Assembly: GCA_963819755.1 (NCBI GenBank) | Contig: CAWFXB010000002.1 | Location: forward strand, 1,620,112 to 1,684,111 | Length of the DNA stretch: 64,000 bases | Reading direction: 5' to 3' | From: an uncultured Solirubrobacterales bacterium | GTDB lineage: Bacteria > Actinomycetota > Thermoleophilia > Solirubrobacterales > 70-9 | Shown here: positions 26,479-35,488 of the stretch, piece by piece | How the letters are laid out: every line of letters starts with the position of its first letter | How positions within the stretch are numbered: position 1 is the first letter of the stretch | The notes under the pieces: generated by a model | What the model saw: the letters and a program-made list of their open reading frames with translations, nothing else | Databases searched by the model: none | What the model was told of the DNA's origin: nothing | Position numbers and translations under genes: made by a program

Positions 26479-27993
26479 ATGAGCCGGGAGAGCTTCTACG
26501 TCACCACGCCGATCTACTACGTCAACGCCGAGCCACATCTCGGCCACGCGTACTCGACGCTGGTGGCTGACGTCCTCGCCCGGCACATGCGCCAGCGTGG
26601 CGAGGACGTCTTCTTCCTCACCGGCACCGACGAGCACGGCGAGCCGATCGAGCTGGCGGCCGAGCGCGAGGGCGTGACGCCGCAGGAGCTGGCCGACCGC
26701 AACGCCGCCAAGTTCGAAGCGCTGATGCCGATCATCGACGCCAGCAACGACTTCTTCATCCGCACCTCCGACCCGCGCCACGCCGAGAAGGTCGCCGAGA
26801 TCATGCAGCGGGTCTACGACAACGGCTGGGTCAACAAGGGCACCTACGAAGGCTGGTACTGCCCGCGCTGCGCCGACTTCAAAACCGAGCGCGAGCTCGG
26901 CCCCGGCCAGACCTGCCCGATCCACGAGATCCCGTTGGAGCGGATCAAGGAGGAGAACTGGTTCTTCCGCCTCTCTGCCTTCCAGGAGCGGCTCGAAGCG
27001 CTCTACGAGGAGCGGCCCGACTTCGTCGTGCCCGACTTCCGTCGCAACGAGGCGGTCTCCTTCATCGAGGGGGGGCTGGAGGACGTCTCGCTCTCGCGGC
27101 CGAAGCTGAAGTGGGGGATGCGGCTGCCCTGGGACCCCGAGCAGCGGATGTACGTGTGGTTTGACGCGCTGCTCAACTACGTCACCGCGCTCACCTTCGC
27201 CCGCGAGGGTGAGGATCTGACCGAGCGCTTCTGGCCGGCGAGCCTGCACGTGATGGCCAAGGACATCCTCAAGTTCCACGCGGTGATCTGGCCGGCGCTG
27301 CTCTGGGCGGCGGACCTCGAGCCGCCGAAGCGGATGGCGATCCATGGCTATCTGATGATGGGTGAGAAAAAGATGTCGAAGTCGCTCGGCAACGTGCTCG
27401 ACCCCTTCGAGGCGATCGACCGCTTCGGCGCCGACGCGCTGCGCTTCTACTGCTTCCGCGAGGTCAGCTTCGGCCAGGACGGCTCGATCTCGACCGCCGG
27501 CTTCGAGGCCCGCTACGAGACCGAGCTGGCCAACGACTTCGGCAACCTCGCCAGCCGCGTGCTGGCGATGGTCGAGCGCTACCGCGACGGCGTCGTCCCG
27601 GAGGCACAGGTCGACGCCGTGCTGGCCGAGGACTTCGAAGGCGTCGCCAGCCGCTTCAGCGAGTTGCTCGACAAGGCTGAGTTGACTCAGGCGCTGGAGG
27701 AGGCCTGGAAGCTGGTCCGTCGCCTCAACCGCTACGTCGAGGAGACCCGGCCGTGGGAGCTGGCGAAGGACGAGGCCGACCCGGAGCGCCTCGACGAAGT
27801 CCTCTACAACCTCGTCGAGGGCCTGCGGGTGACGACGCTGCTGCTCGTTCCCTACCTGCCGCAGACGAGCGAGCAGCTGCTCACCGCTCTAAACGAGGAC
27901 TCTCGCCAGCTCAACGAGCTAGGAGCCCGGGCTGGCGGCCAAAAGGTCGAACGGGTCCCACCGCTGTTCCCGAAGATCGAGACGCCCGCTTAG
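26479..27993 (+). CDS. metG: Methionine--tRNA ligase
   Basis: The HIGH region reads YYVNAEPHLGHAYS and the KMSKS motif reads KMSKSLGN. There is a Cys knuckle, CPRCADF...CPIH. Confidence 0.95.
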   Translation: MSRESFYVTTPIYYVNAEPHLGHAYSTLVADVLARHMRQRGEDVFFLTGTDEHGEPIELAAEREGVTPQELADRNAAKFEALMPIIDASNDFFIRTSDPRHAEKVAEIMQRVYDNGWVNKGTYEGWYCPRCADFKTERELGPGQTCPIHEIPLERIKEENWFFRLSAFQERLEALYEERPDFVVPDFRRNEAVSFIEGGLEDVSLSRPKLKWGMRLPWDPEQRMYVWFDALLNYVTALTFAREGEDLTERFWPASLHVMAKDILKFHAVIWPALLWAADLEPPKRMAIHGYLMMGEKKMSKSLGNVLDPFEAIDRFGADALRFYCFREVSFGQDGSISTAGFEARYETELANDFGNLASRVLAMVERYRDGVVPEAQVDAVLAEDFEGVASRFSELLDKAELTQALEEAWKLVRRLNRYVEETRPWELAKDEADPERLDEVLYNLVEGLRVTTLLLVPYLPQTSEQLLTALNEDSRQLNELGARAGGQKVERVPPLFPKIETPA

Positions 27994-29144
27994 GCCAGCG
28001 CGTCCGGGCCGAGCTGGTCCGGGCTCGTGTAGCCGCACAGCGCCAGCGTCAGGTCGAGCTCCCCCAGGACCATCTTGAGCACGGCTTCGACTCCCGCCTG
28101 TCCGTCCAGCGCCAGGCCCCAGACGTAGGGGCGCCCGAGGCAGACGGCGTCGGCGCCGAGGGCGAGCGCCTTGAGCGCGTCAGCGCCGCTGCGGATGCCG
28201 CTGTCGAAGAGGACCGCGATCTCGTCGCCGACGGCCTCCGCAATCGGCGCCAGCGCGTCGAGCGAGGCAAGCGCGCCGTCGACCTGGCGGCCGCCGTGGT
28301 TGGAGACGACGATGCCGTCGACCCCGCGCGCTACAGCTTCGCGGGCGTCGTCGACATGCTGGATGCCCTTGATCGCGATAGGCAGCGAGGTCACCTCGCG
28401 CAGCCACTCGAGGTCGTCCCAGCTCAGCGACGGATTGGCCTGGACGCCGAGGAAGTGGCCGGTCGCCGCGCCCTGGTCCTCCTCCGGGGTCTTCTCCAGG
28501 GCGGCGCGGAAGACCGGGTCCTGGAAGTAGTTGGCGACGCCCATCCCGTTGAGGAAAGGCAGCCATGCCTGCTGCAGGTCGCGCGGCTTCCAACCGGGGA
28601 TGAAGGTGTCGACGGTGAGCACGATCGCCGCGTAGCCCGCGGCCTCGGCGCGCTTGACGAAGCTCTCCGCCAGGTCGCGATCGTTGGGGCAGTAGAGCTG
28701 GAACCAGCGCGGCGAGCCACCCCCCGCCTCCGCGATCTCCTCCAGGGTGAAGTGCGAGTTGGTGCTGGCGATCATCGGCAGGCCGAGCGCTGCTGCGGCA
28801 CGGGCGGTCGCCAGCTCGCCGTCCTCGTGGAGCACCTTCTGCACGCCGATCGGGGCCAGCAGCAACGGCGCGGGCATCGGCGTGCCGAGCAGCTCAGTCG
28901 AGAGGTCGCGCGTGGCGACGTCGCGCAGCATGCGGGGCACGATGCGGTGGCGCTCGAAGGCCTCGCGGTTGGCCTGCATCGTCCGCTCGCCACCGGCCCC
29001 GGCGAAGACGTAATTGGCCGCACGCTCCTCCATCGCCTCTCTCGCGCGCTGCTCCAGCTCCGCGACCGCGACCGGGATAGCGGGTGGCTCGCCGCCGAGT
29101 CCCCGGATGTAGATCTCAAGGTAGTAGTCGGCGAAGTCGGCCAT
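27990..29144 (-). CDS. FMN-dependent alpha-hydroxy-acid oxidase/dehydrogenase (lactate 2-monooxygenase-like)
   Basis: The motifs ANREAFERHRIVPRMLRDV, LYCPNDRD, VLTVDT, VVSNHGGRQVDG and FDSGIRSGADALKALALGA are present. Confidence 0.85.
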   Translation of the reverse strand: MADFADYYLEIYIRGLGGEPPAIPVAVAELEQRAREAMEERAANYVFAGAGGERTMQANREAFERHRIVPRMLRDVATRDLSTELLGTPMPAPLLLAPIGVQKVLHEDGELATARAAAALGLPMIASTNSHFTLEEIAEAGGGSPRWFQLYCPNDRDLAESFVKRAEAAGYAAIVLTVDTFIPGWKPRDLQQAWLPFLNGMGVANYFQDPVFRAALEKTPEEDQGAATGHFLGVQANPSLSWDDLEWLREVTSLPIAIKGIQHVDDAREAVARGVDGIVVSNHGGRQVDGALASLDALAPIAEAVGDEIAVLFDSGIRSGADALKALALGADAVCLGRPYVWGLALDGQAGVEAVLKMVLGELDLTLALCGYTSPDQLGPDALA

Positions 29145-29156
29145 CGGCCGCGAAGG

Positions 29157-30725
29157 CTATTTCAGGCCGATGCGGCGGCGCCAGTCGCGGGCGTTGAAGG
29201 CGCGGGCGGCACGGCCGATCAGGCCGCGGCGGGCCTTCGTGTACGGATACCAGGTCGGCTCGCGCTTGCCGCCAAAACGGGCGACGATCACCGACTCCGG
29301 CCGGCAGTACTTCTTGATCCCGTACTCGCCGTGGCGGAAGCCGATCCCCGACTCCTTCCAGCCGCCCATCGGCACGTCCATCAAAACGTAGTTGACGATC
29401 ACGTCGTTGACGTTGACCGCGCCGGCCTCGATCCGCCTGCCGACCATCTCGGCCCGCTCCTTCTCACCGAAGACCGAGGCGGCGAGGCCGTAGCGGGTGT
29501 CGTTGGCGAAACGCAGAGCCTCCTCGGAGTCGCGCACCTTCATCACTCCGACGACCGGGCCGAAGGTCTCGTCGCGCATTACCGTCATCGAGTGGTCGAC
29601 GTCGACGAGCACGGTCGGTTCGAAGTAGTCGCCTGGGCCCTCGACCCGCTTGCCGCCGGTCGCCGCCTTTGCCCCCTTGGCCAGCGCGTCCTCGACCTGC
29701 GCTTCGACTATCGCCCGCTGGTTGGGCGAGGTCATCGCACCGACGTCCTTTTCAGGCGTCTTGCCGTCGGCGCCCTGGCGCAGCGCCCCGACCGCCTTGG
29801 TCAGCTTGGCGACGAACTCGTCGTAGACAGGCTCCTCGACGTAGATCCGCTCTACCGAGAGGCAGACCTGGCCCGAGTTGAACATCCCGCCCCAGGTAGC
29901 GGCGTTGGCGGCGCGGTCGACGTCGGCGTCGGAGAGGACGATCATCGGGTCCTTGCCGCCGAGCTCGAGGCTGACCGGGGTCAGCGTCTCGGCGGCACGC
30001 GCCATCACCTTGCGGCCGGTGCGGTCCGAGCCGGTGAACTGGATGAAATCGACGTTGTCGACCAGTGCGCCGCCGGTCTCACCCGTGCCGTGCACGCAGT
30101 CGAACACGTCGGGGCCGCCGATCTCACGCTTCCAGGCCTCGACGATCTCGGCCAGGCCCAGCGGCGTGAACTCCGAGGGCTTGACGACAACCGCCGCGCC
30201 CGCCTGCAGGGCCGGGATCGCGTCGCCCAGCGCCAGCGCCAGCGGAAAGTTCCAGGGACTGATCACGCCGACCACCGGGTAGGGCCGGTACTGGACCATC
30301 AGCTTCTTGGAAGCCGCCAATGCCGAGTGCGGCCTGACCGTTTCGTCGCCGATGAACTTGGCGGCCTTGGTCCCGTAGAAGTTGATCAGGTCGGTGAGGT
30401 AGACCGTCTCAGCCGTGGTGTCGCCGCGGACCTTGCCGGTCTCGGCCTGCATCGTGTCGAGCACGCGCTCGTGGTTGTCGAAGAGCCAGTCGCGCAGCTC
30501 GCCGAGCCAGCGGTAGCGGCCATCGATGCCCAGCGCCTCCCACTCGGCCTGGTTGCCGCGCACCCGCGCGACGGTCGCGGCGACGCTCTCGGCGGAGTCG
30601 ACCGCGACGCTGCCGATGGCGGTCCCGGTTGCCGGATTGAGCACCTCGATTCGCTCGGCACTGACTCCGTTGGAGCTCGCCCCGTTTACCGTCTCGCCGA
30701 CTTTCGGTGCCGTTCCGCTCTCCAC
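29157..30725 (-). CDS. NAD(P)-dependent aldehyde dehydrogenase
   Basis: The motifs VISPWNFPL, FTGSDRTGRKV, ELGGKDP and FNSGQVCLSVERIYV (catalytic Cys) are present. The GTG start is uncertain. Confidence 0.9.
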   Translation of the reverse strand: MESGTAPKVGETVNGASSNGVSAERIEVLNPATGTAIGSVAVDSAESVAATVARVRGNQAEWEALGIDGRYRWLGELRDWLFDNHERVLDTMQAETGKVRGDTTAETVYLTDLINFYGTKAAKFIGDETVRPHSALAASKKLMVQYRPYPVVGVISPWNFPLALALGDAIPALQAGAAVVVKPSEFTPLGLAEIVEAWKREIGGPDVFDCVHGTGETGGALVDNVDFIQFTGSDRTGRKVMARAAETLTPVSLELGGKDPMIVLSDADVDRAANAATWGGMFNSGQVCLSVERIYVEEPVYDEFVAKLTKAVGALRQGADGKTPEKDVGAMTSPNQRAIVEAQVEDALAKGAKAATGGKRVEGPGDYFEPTVLVDVDHSMTVMRDETFGPVVGVMKVRDSEEALRFANDTRYGLAASVFGEKERAEMVGRRIEAGAVNVNDVIVNYVLMDVPMGGWKESGIGFRHGEYGIKKYCRPESVIVARFGGKREPTWYPYTKARRGLIGRAARAFNARDWRRRIGLK

Positions 30726-30779
30726 CTGACCGCTCCCTTCGAGTTTGGCTGGTCAGCCAACTGTATCGCCCACCCGCCG

Positions 30780-30829
30780 GACGTGCCGGTGGAGAGAGGT
30801 CCATATGGACCTCTCTCCACCGGCACGTC
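30780..30829. repeat. Perfect 50-nt palindrome, copy 2 (overlaps the stop codon of the sugar dehydrogenase gene)
   Basis: It is identical to 6325..6374. It lies in the 102-nt gap between two minus-strand genes, and the stop codon at 30828-30830 shares 2 nt with it. Confidence 0.95.
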
Positions 30830-31991
30830 AGTGGCGCGGGACGAGTCGATAGACCGGGCCGTCGAGCGAGCAGACATAGACACGACCGCGGTCGTCTTCG
30901 CCGAAGGAGCTGGGGGAGGAGACGCTGAGGCCGAGCTTGTGCTCGTCGCTCGCCCCGTGCAGGTGGGGGACGAGGCTGCGCAGCTGGCCCTCGCAGAGGT
31001 CGGCGTAGACATAGCGCTTGTAGAGCGAGGTCAGGTGCGGATCGGCGACCACGTAGCCGCCGATGATCGCGCAGCTGCCGCCGCGGCTGTGCGGATAAGC
31101 GAAGATCGGCTTGACCGTGCCGCCCGGATCCGGCGTGCCGCTGTTTTCTTCTTCGTAGGGGGCGAACCCCTCGAAGGCGTCCCAGCCGAAGTTGGCGCCC
31201 TGTGCCGCGGCGACCGTGGTGTAGTCGACCTCCTCGAAGCGGTTCTGGCCGACGTCGCCGATCGCCAGCCGCGGCTGCCCCGGGTCCGTCACCCGGTCGA
31301 AGGAGAAGCGGAAGGGATTGCGCAGGCCGATGCTGTAGATCTGCGGTTTGGCGCCGGCGCGCTGTGGGTCGATCCGCAGCAGCTTGCCGAGCAGTTTGTG
31401 CGGGTTCTGGGCGTTGTTCGGCGGATCGCCGCCCGAGCCGCCGTCGCCGGTGCCGAAGTAGAGCCAGTTGCCGAGGAACTGGAGCTGGCCGCCGTTGTGA
31501 TTGGAGTTGACCGGGTGGGGTATCCGGACTATTGCGCGACGGGAGCCCCGCGCGGCTTGCGTCGCGCTCCTACGTTTGAGTTCGTCGATCCTGATGTTGC
31601 CCTGGGGATCGGTGTCGTAGACGTAGAAGCGGCCGCTGCTCTTGTAGTCGGGGGGGAAGGCGATCGAGAGCAGGCCGCGCTCGCCGCCGGAGGAGATCAG
31701 GTCGTGGATGTCGAGGAAGGGACGAGCCTGCTTGTGCCCGTTGCGCAGCACCTGCACCGTCCCGCCCTGCTCGACAACGAAGAGCAGCTTTGGGAAGCCG
31801 GGTGCGCCGGTGACGTAGACCGGGCTTTCGAAGCTGCCGATCTGCTTCAGGCCGACGCCCTGAGCTGCCGATTGCGCCGCTTCCTCGGGCGGCTGAGCCG
31901 ATCCGCAGGCCGGTAGGGCCAGCGCCAAGAGCAGCGCGAGGGCGCTACTTGCCGCTGTGCGTCTTCCCTTCGATTTCAACGACTTCGCCAT
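30828..31991 (-). CDS. PQQ-dependent soluble sugar (glucose/sorbosone) dehydrogenase lipoprotein
   Basis: There is a lipobox LALPAC, with the motifs GGERGLLSIAFPPDY, HNGGQLQFL and GLRNPFRFSFD. Confidence 0.85.
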   Translation of the reverse strand: MAKSLKSKGRRTAASSALALLLALALPACGSAQPPEEAAQSAAQGVGLKQIGSFESPVYVTGAPGFPKLLFVVEQGGTVQVLRNGHKQARPFLDIHDLISSGGERGLLSIAFPPDYKSSGRFYVYDTDPQGNIRIDELKRRSATQAARGSRRAIVRIPHPVNSNHNGGQLQFLGNWLYFGTGDGGSGGDPPNNAQNPHKLLGKLLRIDPQRAGAKPQIYSIGLRNPFRFSFDRVTDPGQPRLAIGDVGQNRFEEVDYTTVAAAQGANFGWDAFEGFAPYEEENSGTPDPGGTVKPIFAYPHSRGGSCAIIGGYVVADPHLTSLYKRYVYADLCEGQLRSLVPHLHGASDEHKLGLSVSSPSSFGEDDRGRVYVCSLDGPVYRLVPRH

Positions 31992-32640
31992 TGTCCTTCA
32001 CTTCCGTTTCCGGCGGGACATTCGTGATCTGCGCGCCGAAGGAGCCGCCCGCTTCGGTGCCCGTATCGCCGGGTGCCGGGATCTCCGCCTTCGCCGTGCC
32101 GCTGAGGCCGGCGCCGATCTCGTAGAAAAGCCTGTAGCTCCCCGCCCTGACGGCGTTCAGCTTCCATACGGCCTCGGTCGTCTTACCCGGCTTCAGCGGC
32201 CCGAAGGCGAAGGTCTTGGGGCTCGAGGTTTCGGCTCCGGCCGTTTCCGCGGAGCCGTTCGTTCTCGGGTAGCGCGCCGAGAGCACCCAGACCGGGCGGT
32301 CGGGCTGGGCGAGGCCGGGCGCCGGGTCGCGGTAGCCGAAGGGCAGCGTCGAGTCACGCCCCTCCTTGCCGCCGACCGAGATCGTCACGGTCAGCGCCGG
32401 GAGGGCCTTGGCCCCGATGTTGCGCACGCCGAGCCGCAGCAGCGTCGTTTCGCCGAGCCGCTGCTTGGCGGGGAATTCCGCGGTGACGATCTTGACCGGG
32501 TACTTGCCGGCCGGCTCGTTCGCGTCGGAGGACGATTCGCCACCGCAGGCGGCGAACGAGAGAGCTATCGCCGCAGCGACGGCACCCGCCGCGCCAGCGG
32601 CGACTCGGGAATGCCCTCCGTATCTGCTATTCCCCCCCAA
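31945..32640 (-). CDS. Hypothetical lipoprotein
   Basis: There is a lipobox LSFAAC followed by a beta-rich 200-aa domain. It overlaps the downstream lipoprotein gene by 47 nt. Confidence 0.5.
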   Translation of the reverse strand: MGGNSRYGGHSRVAAGAAGAVAAAIALSFAACGGESSSDANEPAGKYPVKIVTAEFPAKQRLGETTLLRLGVRNIGAKALPALTVTISVGGKEGRDSTLPFGYRDPAPGLAQPDRPVWVLSARYPRTNGSAETAGAETSSPKTFAFGPLKPGKTTEAVWKLNAVRAGSYRLFYEIGAGLSGTAKAEIPAPGDTGTEAGGSFGAQITNVPPETEVKDNGEVVEIEGKTHSGK

Positions 32641-32701
32641 AGCCGGGCGAACATACCATGAAGAATCGGCCGTTCCTGCGGCTCGGAGAGCATGCCGATT
32701 G

Positions 32702-32731
32702 GGTTAGCCGGATCTCAACACTCGGCTAACC
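32702..32731. promoter_or_regulatory. Inverted repeat upstream of the mlaE-like operon
   Basis: The sequence ggttagccg-N12-cggctaacc has perfect 9-bp arms and lies about 50 nt upstream of the first permease start. Confidence 0.3.
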
Positions 32732-32782
32732 GAGGTCGCTGGCCCATCCCATACACTCAGAGTACGGAGGAGGGGCCGCCCG

Positions 32783-33619
32783 ATGCGGCCCCGCTTTGCC
32801 GGAGGAGAGATGGAAGCAGCCGCATCCATAGGCAGGAGGATCGCACCCGCCAAGTCGTTCTTCGAGCAGGTGGGGGACATGATGATCCTCACCGCGCGGA
32901 CGATGGTTTCCGCGGTCAGGCCTCCCTACCCCTATGGCGAGGAGTTCATCGGCCAGTTCCTCTTCGCCCTGCAGCTCTGCTGGTTCCCGCTGCTCGTCTC
33001 CACCATCGCCTTCGGCTTCGGCGCGCCCGGCCTGCAGGCGGCCAACTTCCTCACCCTCTTCGGCTCGCTGGACCGGCTCGGCGGCTTCTTCGTCCTCGCC
33101 TCGATCCGCGAGTTCGCACCCTTCGTCACCGCCGTCGTCGTCGCCGGCGTCGCTGGTACCGCGATCACCGCCGACCTCGGCGCCCGCAAGATCCGCGAGG
33201 AGCTCGACGCGCTGCAGGTGCTCGGCGTCGACCCGATCAAGAACCTGGTCGTGCCGCGCTTCCTGGCGTTGATGGTGATTACCGGCCTACTCGACATCTA
33301 CGCGCTGATCTTCGGCATCAGCGGCGGCATCCTCACCGAGATGCTCTACAACCAGCCGCTCGGCGGCTTCTTCGCGACGCTCTTCACCAACGCCTCGATT
33401 ACCGATCTCTGGGGCTCGGTGATCAAGTGCACCCTGTTCGGGGCGATCATCTCGGTGGTCTGTTGTTACAAGGGGATGACCGCGTCCGGAGGCGCCGCCG
33501 GCGTCGGCCGCGCCGTTAACCAGGCCGTGGTGATCTCCTTCATGGGCGTCTTCGCCTTCAACTACGTCTTCACCCAGACCCTGCTGGCGACGAACCCCGA
33601 ACTGCAGACGATTCGATGA
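32783..33619 (+). CDS. MlaE/YrbE-family ABC permease (A copy)
   Basis: The motifs REFAPFVTAVVVAGVAGTAITADLGARKIREELDALQVLGVDPIKNLVVPR are present. Confidence 0.85.
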   Translation: MRPRFAGGEMEAAASIGRRIAPAKSFFEQVGDMMILTARTMVSAVRPPYPYGEEFIGQFLFALQLCWFPLLVSTIAFGFGAPGLQAANFLTLFGSLDRLGGFFVLASIREFAPFVTAVVVAGVAGTAITADLGARKIREELDALQVLGVDPIKNLVVPRFLALMVITGLLDIYALIFGISGGILTEMLYNQPLGGFFATLFTNASITDLWGSVIKCTLFGAIISVVCCYKGMTASGGAAGVGRAVNQAVVISFMGVFAFNYVFTQTLLATNPELQTIR

Positions 33620-34413
33620 ACGCCTGGCTCGAAGTGCCCCGCGGCTGGCTCGACTCCTTCGGCGAGATAGCCCGCTTCGGCTCGCGCGTCGCCGGCCTCG
33701 TCTACAGCGGTCGCGTCCTGCGCTTCTTCGGCGAGAGCCTGCGCCAGGCCGGCATCCTGATCCTCGGCTCCGCCGTGGTCATCTGGGGCCTGGTCTTCAT
33801 CCTCGGCCTGCAGTGCGGGATCGAGGGCGCCTATCTGCTGCGCGCCAACGGCGCCCCCGCCTACGCCGGCGTCTTCTCGGCCTGGTGTGACCTGCGCGAG
33901 ATCATGCCCTACGCCTTCGGCTACATGCTGGCGGCCAAGGTGGGCACCGGGATCGTCGCCGAGCTCGGCGCGATGCGGATCTCCGACGAGATCGACGCGC
34001 TCGAGGTGATGGGCGTGCCGCCCGTCACCTTCCTCGCCGCAACCCGCCTGCTGGCCGCCTGGATCTCCTTCCCGTTCATGTACCTGGTCGGGATCGGGAT
34101 CATGTACCTGGCCAGCTACCTGGCCGTGGTCGAACAGATCGGCGACGTCTCCTCGGGTGGCTACCTGCTGATCTTCTGGATGTTCCAGAACCCGCCCGAC
34201 CTGATCTTCAGCCTGATCAAGGGAATGTTCATGGCGACCGCGATCGTGATGGTCGGCTGCTACTACGGCTACACCGCCTCGGGCGGACCGGTCGGGGTTG
34301 GTACCGCGACCGCCAAGTCGATGGTCCTCAACATCGTTCTAGTTCACATCATCGGGATGCTCGGCACGCTGGTCTTCTGGGGTGCCAACCCGCGAGCGCC
34401 AATAGGAGGCTAA
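33616..34413 (+). CDS. MlaE/YrbE-family ABC permease (B copy)
   Basis: The motifs LAAKVGTGIVAELGAMRISDEIDALEVMGVPPVTFLAATR are present. It overlaps the upstream gene by 4 nt. Confidence 0.85.
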   Translation: MNAWLEVPRGWLDSFGEIARFGSRVAGLVYSGRVLRFFGESLRQAGILILGSAVVIWGLVFILGLQCGIEGAYLLRANGAPAYAGVFSAWCDLREIMPYAFGYMLAAKVGTGIVAELGAMRISDEIDALEVMGVPPVTFLAATRLLAAWISFPFMYLVGIGIMYLASYLAVVEQIGDVSSGGYLLIFWMFQNPPDLIFSLIKGMFMATAIVMVGCYYGYTASGGPVGVGTATAKSMVLNIVLVHIIGMLGTLVFWGANPRAPIGG

Positions 34414-34421
34414 GTACCCTT

Positions 34422-35324
34422 ATGGAGATGGACGAGCAGCAGCAGGCGAGCGGTCCCTACATCAGCGAGGACGGGGCGACGATGGGCCGCGACTTCGTCA
34501 TCCCCGGCGTCGACCCGACCGAGTCCGACCCCTACCGCTTCCACACCGGGCGCAAGCGCGACCACGGCAGCACCGACGCGATCGAGATCATCAACCTGGT
34601 CAAGCAGTTCGGCCGGGCGCGGATCCTCAACGGGCTCAACCTCGGCCTCCCCGAAGATCAGGTCTCGATGGTGCTGGGCCCGTCGGGCACCGGCAAGAGC
34701 GTCCTGATCAAGCACATCGTCGGGCTGCTCTACCCGGACTCGGGCGACGTGCTCGTGCACGGCGAATCGATTCCGGCGATGACCGACGACGAACTCTTCG
34801 ACGTGCGCAAAAAGTTCGGCCTGCTGTTCCAGGACGGGGCGCTCTTCGGCTCGATGAACATCTACGACAACACCGCCTTCCCGCTGCGTCAGCACACCGA
34901 CAAAAGCGAGGAGGAGATCGGCGAGATCGTCAACCGGCGGCTCAAGGAGGTCGGCCTGATCGAGGCGATCTACAAGATGCCGAACGAGCTCTCGGGCGGC
35001 ATGCGCAAGCGCGCCGGCTTCGCTCGCGCACTGGTGCTCGAACCGGCGATCGTGATGTTCGACGAGCCCGATTCCGGCCTCGACCCAGTCCGCACGGCGC
35101 TGCTCTGCGAGCTGATCCGCGAGGTCCACGCCGAGAACGGCGGCTGCTATCTGGTGATCAGCCACGACCTCAACACGGCCCGCCGGATCTCCGACTTCAT
35201 TGCCGTCCTCTGGAACGGCAAAATCGTCGAGTCGGGCCCGAAAGAGGAACTCTTCGACTCGGAAAACCAGTTTGTGCATCAGTTCCTCAATGCGGACGTG
35301 ACTGGTCCGCTTTCGATGGATTGA
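34422..35324 (+). CDS. MlaF/Mkl-type ABC transporter ATP-binding protein
   Basis: The Walker A motif is GPSGTGKS, the signature is LSGGMRKRAGFARAL and the Walker B is VMFDEPDSGLDP. Confidence 0.9.
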   Translation: MEMDEQQQASGPYISEDGATMGRDFVIPGVDPTESDPYRFHTGRKRDHGSTDAIEIINLVKQFGRARILNGLNLGLPEDQVSMVLGPSGTGKSVLIKHIVGLLYPDSGDVLVHGESIPAMTDDELFDVRKKFGLLFQDGALFGSMNIYDNTAFPLRQHTDKSEEEIGEIVNRRLKEVGLIEAIYKMPNELSGGMRKRAGFARALVLEPAIVMFDEPDSGLDPVRTALLCELIREVHAENGGCYLVISHDLNTARRISDFIAVLWNGKIVESGPKEELFDSENQFVHQFLNADVTGPLSMD

Positions 35325-35325
35325 G

Positions 35326-35483
35326 CTCCCGGCGGGCGGGTCCTGGCATCGGGCGCGGGTGTCCTCGCGTTGCTGGGTTTTTCGCCTGCGGCGCTGGCGG
35401 TCGTCCGAGGTTGTGGGTGGGGCGAAAAAGAGGACGCCGCTGCCGCGAGGACACCCGCGCCCGATGCCACCCGCCCGAGGGAG
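35326..35483. repeat. Long structured inverted repeat filling the mlaF-mmpL intergenic region (repeat family B, copy 1)
   Basis: Perfect 25-bp arms lie at 35345-35369 and 35444-35468, flanked by a 9-bp stem (35333-41 / 35469-77) and a 5-bp stem (35326-30 / 35479-83). The inner core is gctgggtttttcgcc ... ggggcgaaaaagaggacgccgc. Confidence 0.85.
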
Positions 35484-35488
35484 GCTGA

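Noticed and set aside
27753-31916. A 1387-aa plus-strand ORF, the longest in the track.
   Set aside because: It runs antisense across four well-supported minus-strand genes (alpha-hydroxy-acid oxidase, aldehyde dehydrogenase, sugar dehydrogenase and others). Its product is Arg/Ala/Gly/Asp-rich low-complexity sequence with no recognisable motifs. This is the typical shadow ORF of high-GC DNA.
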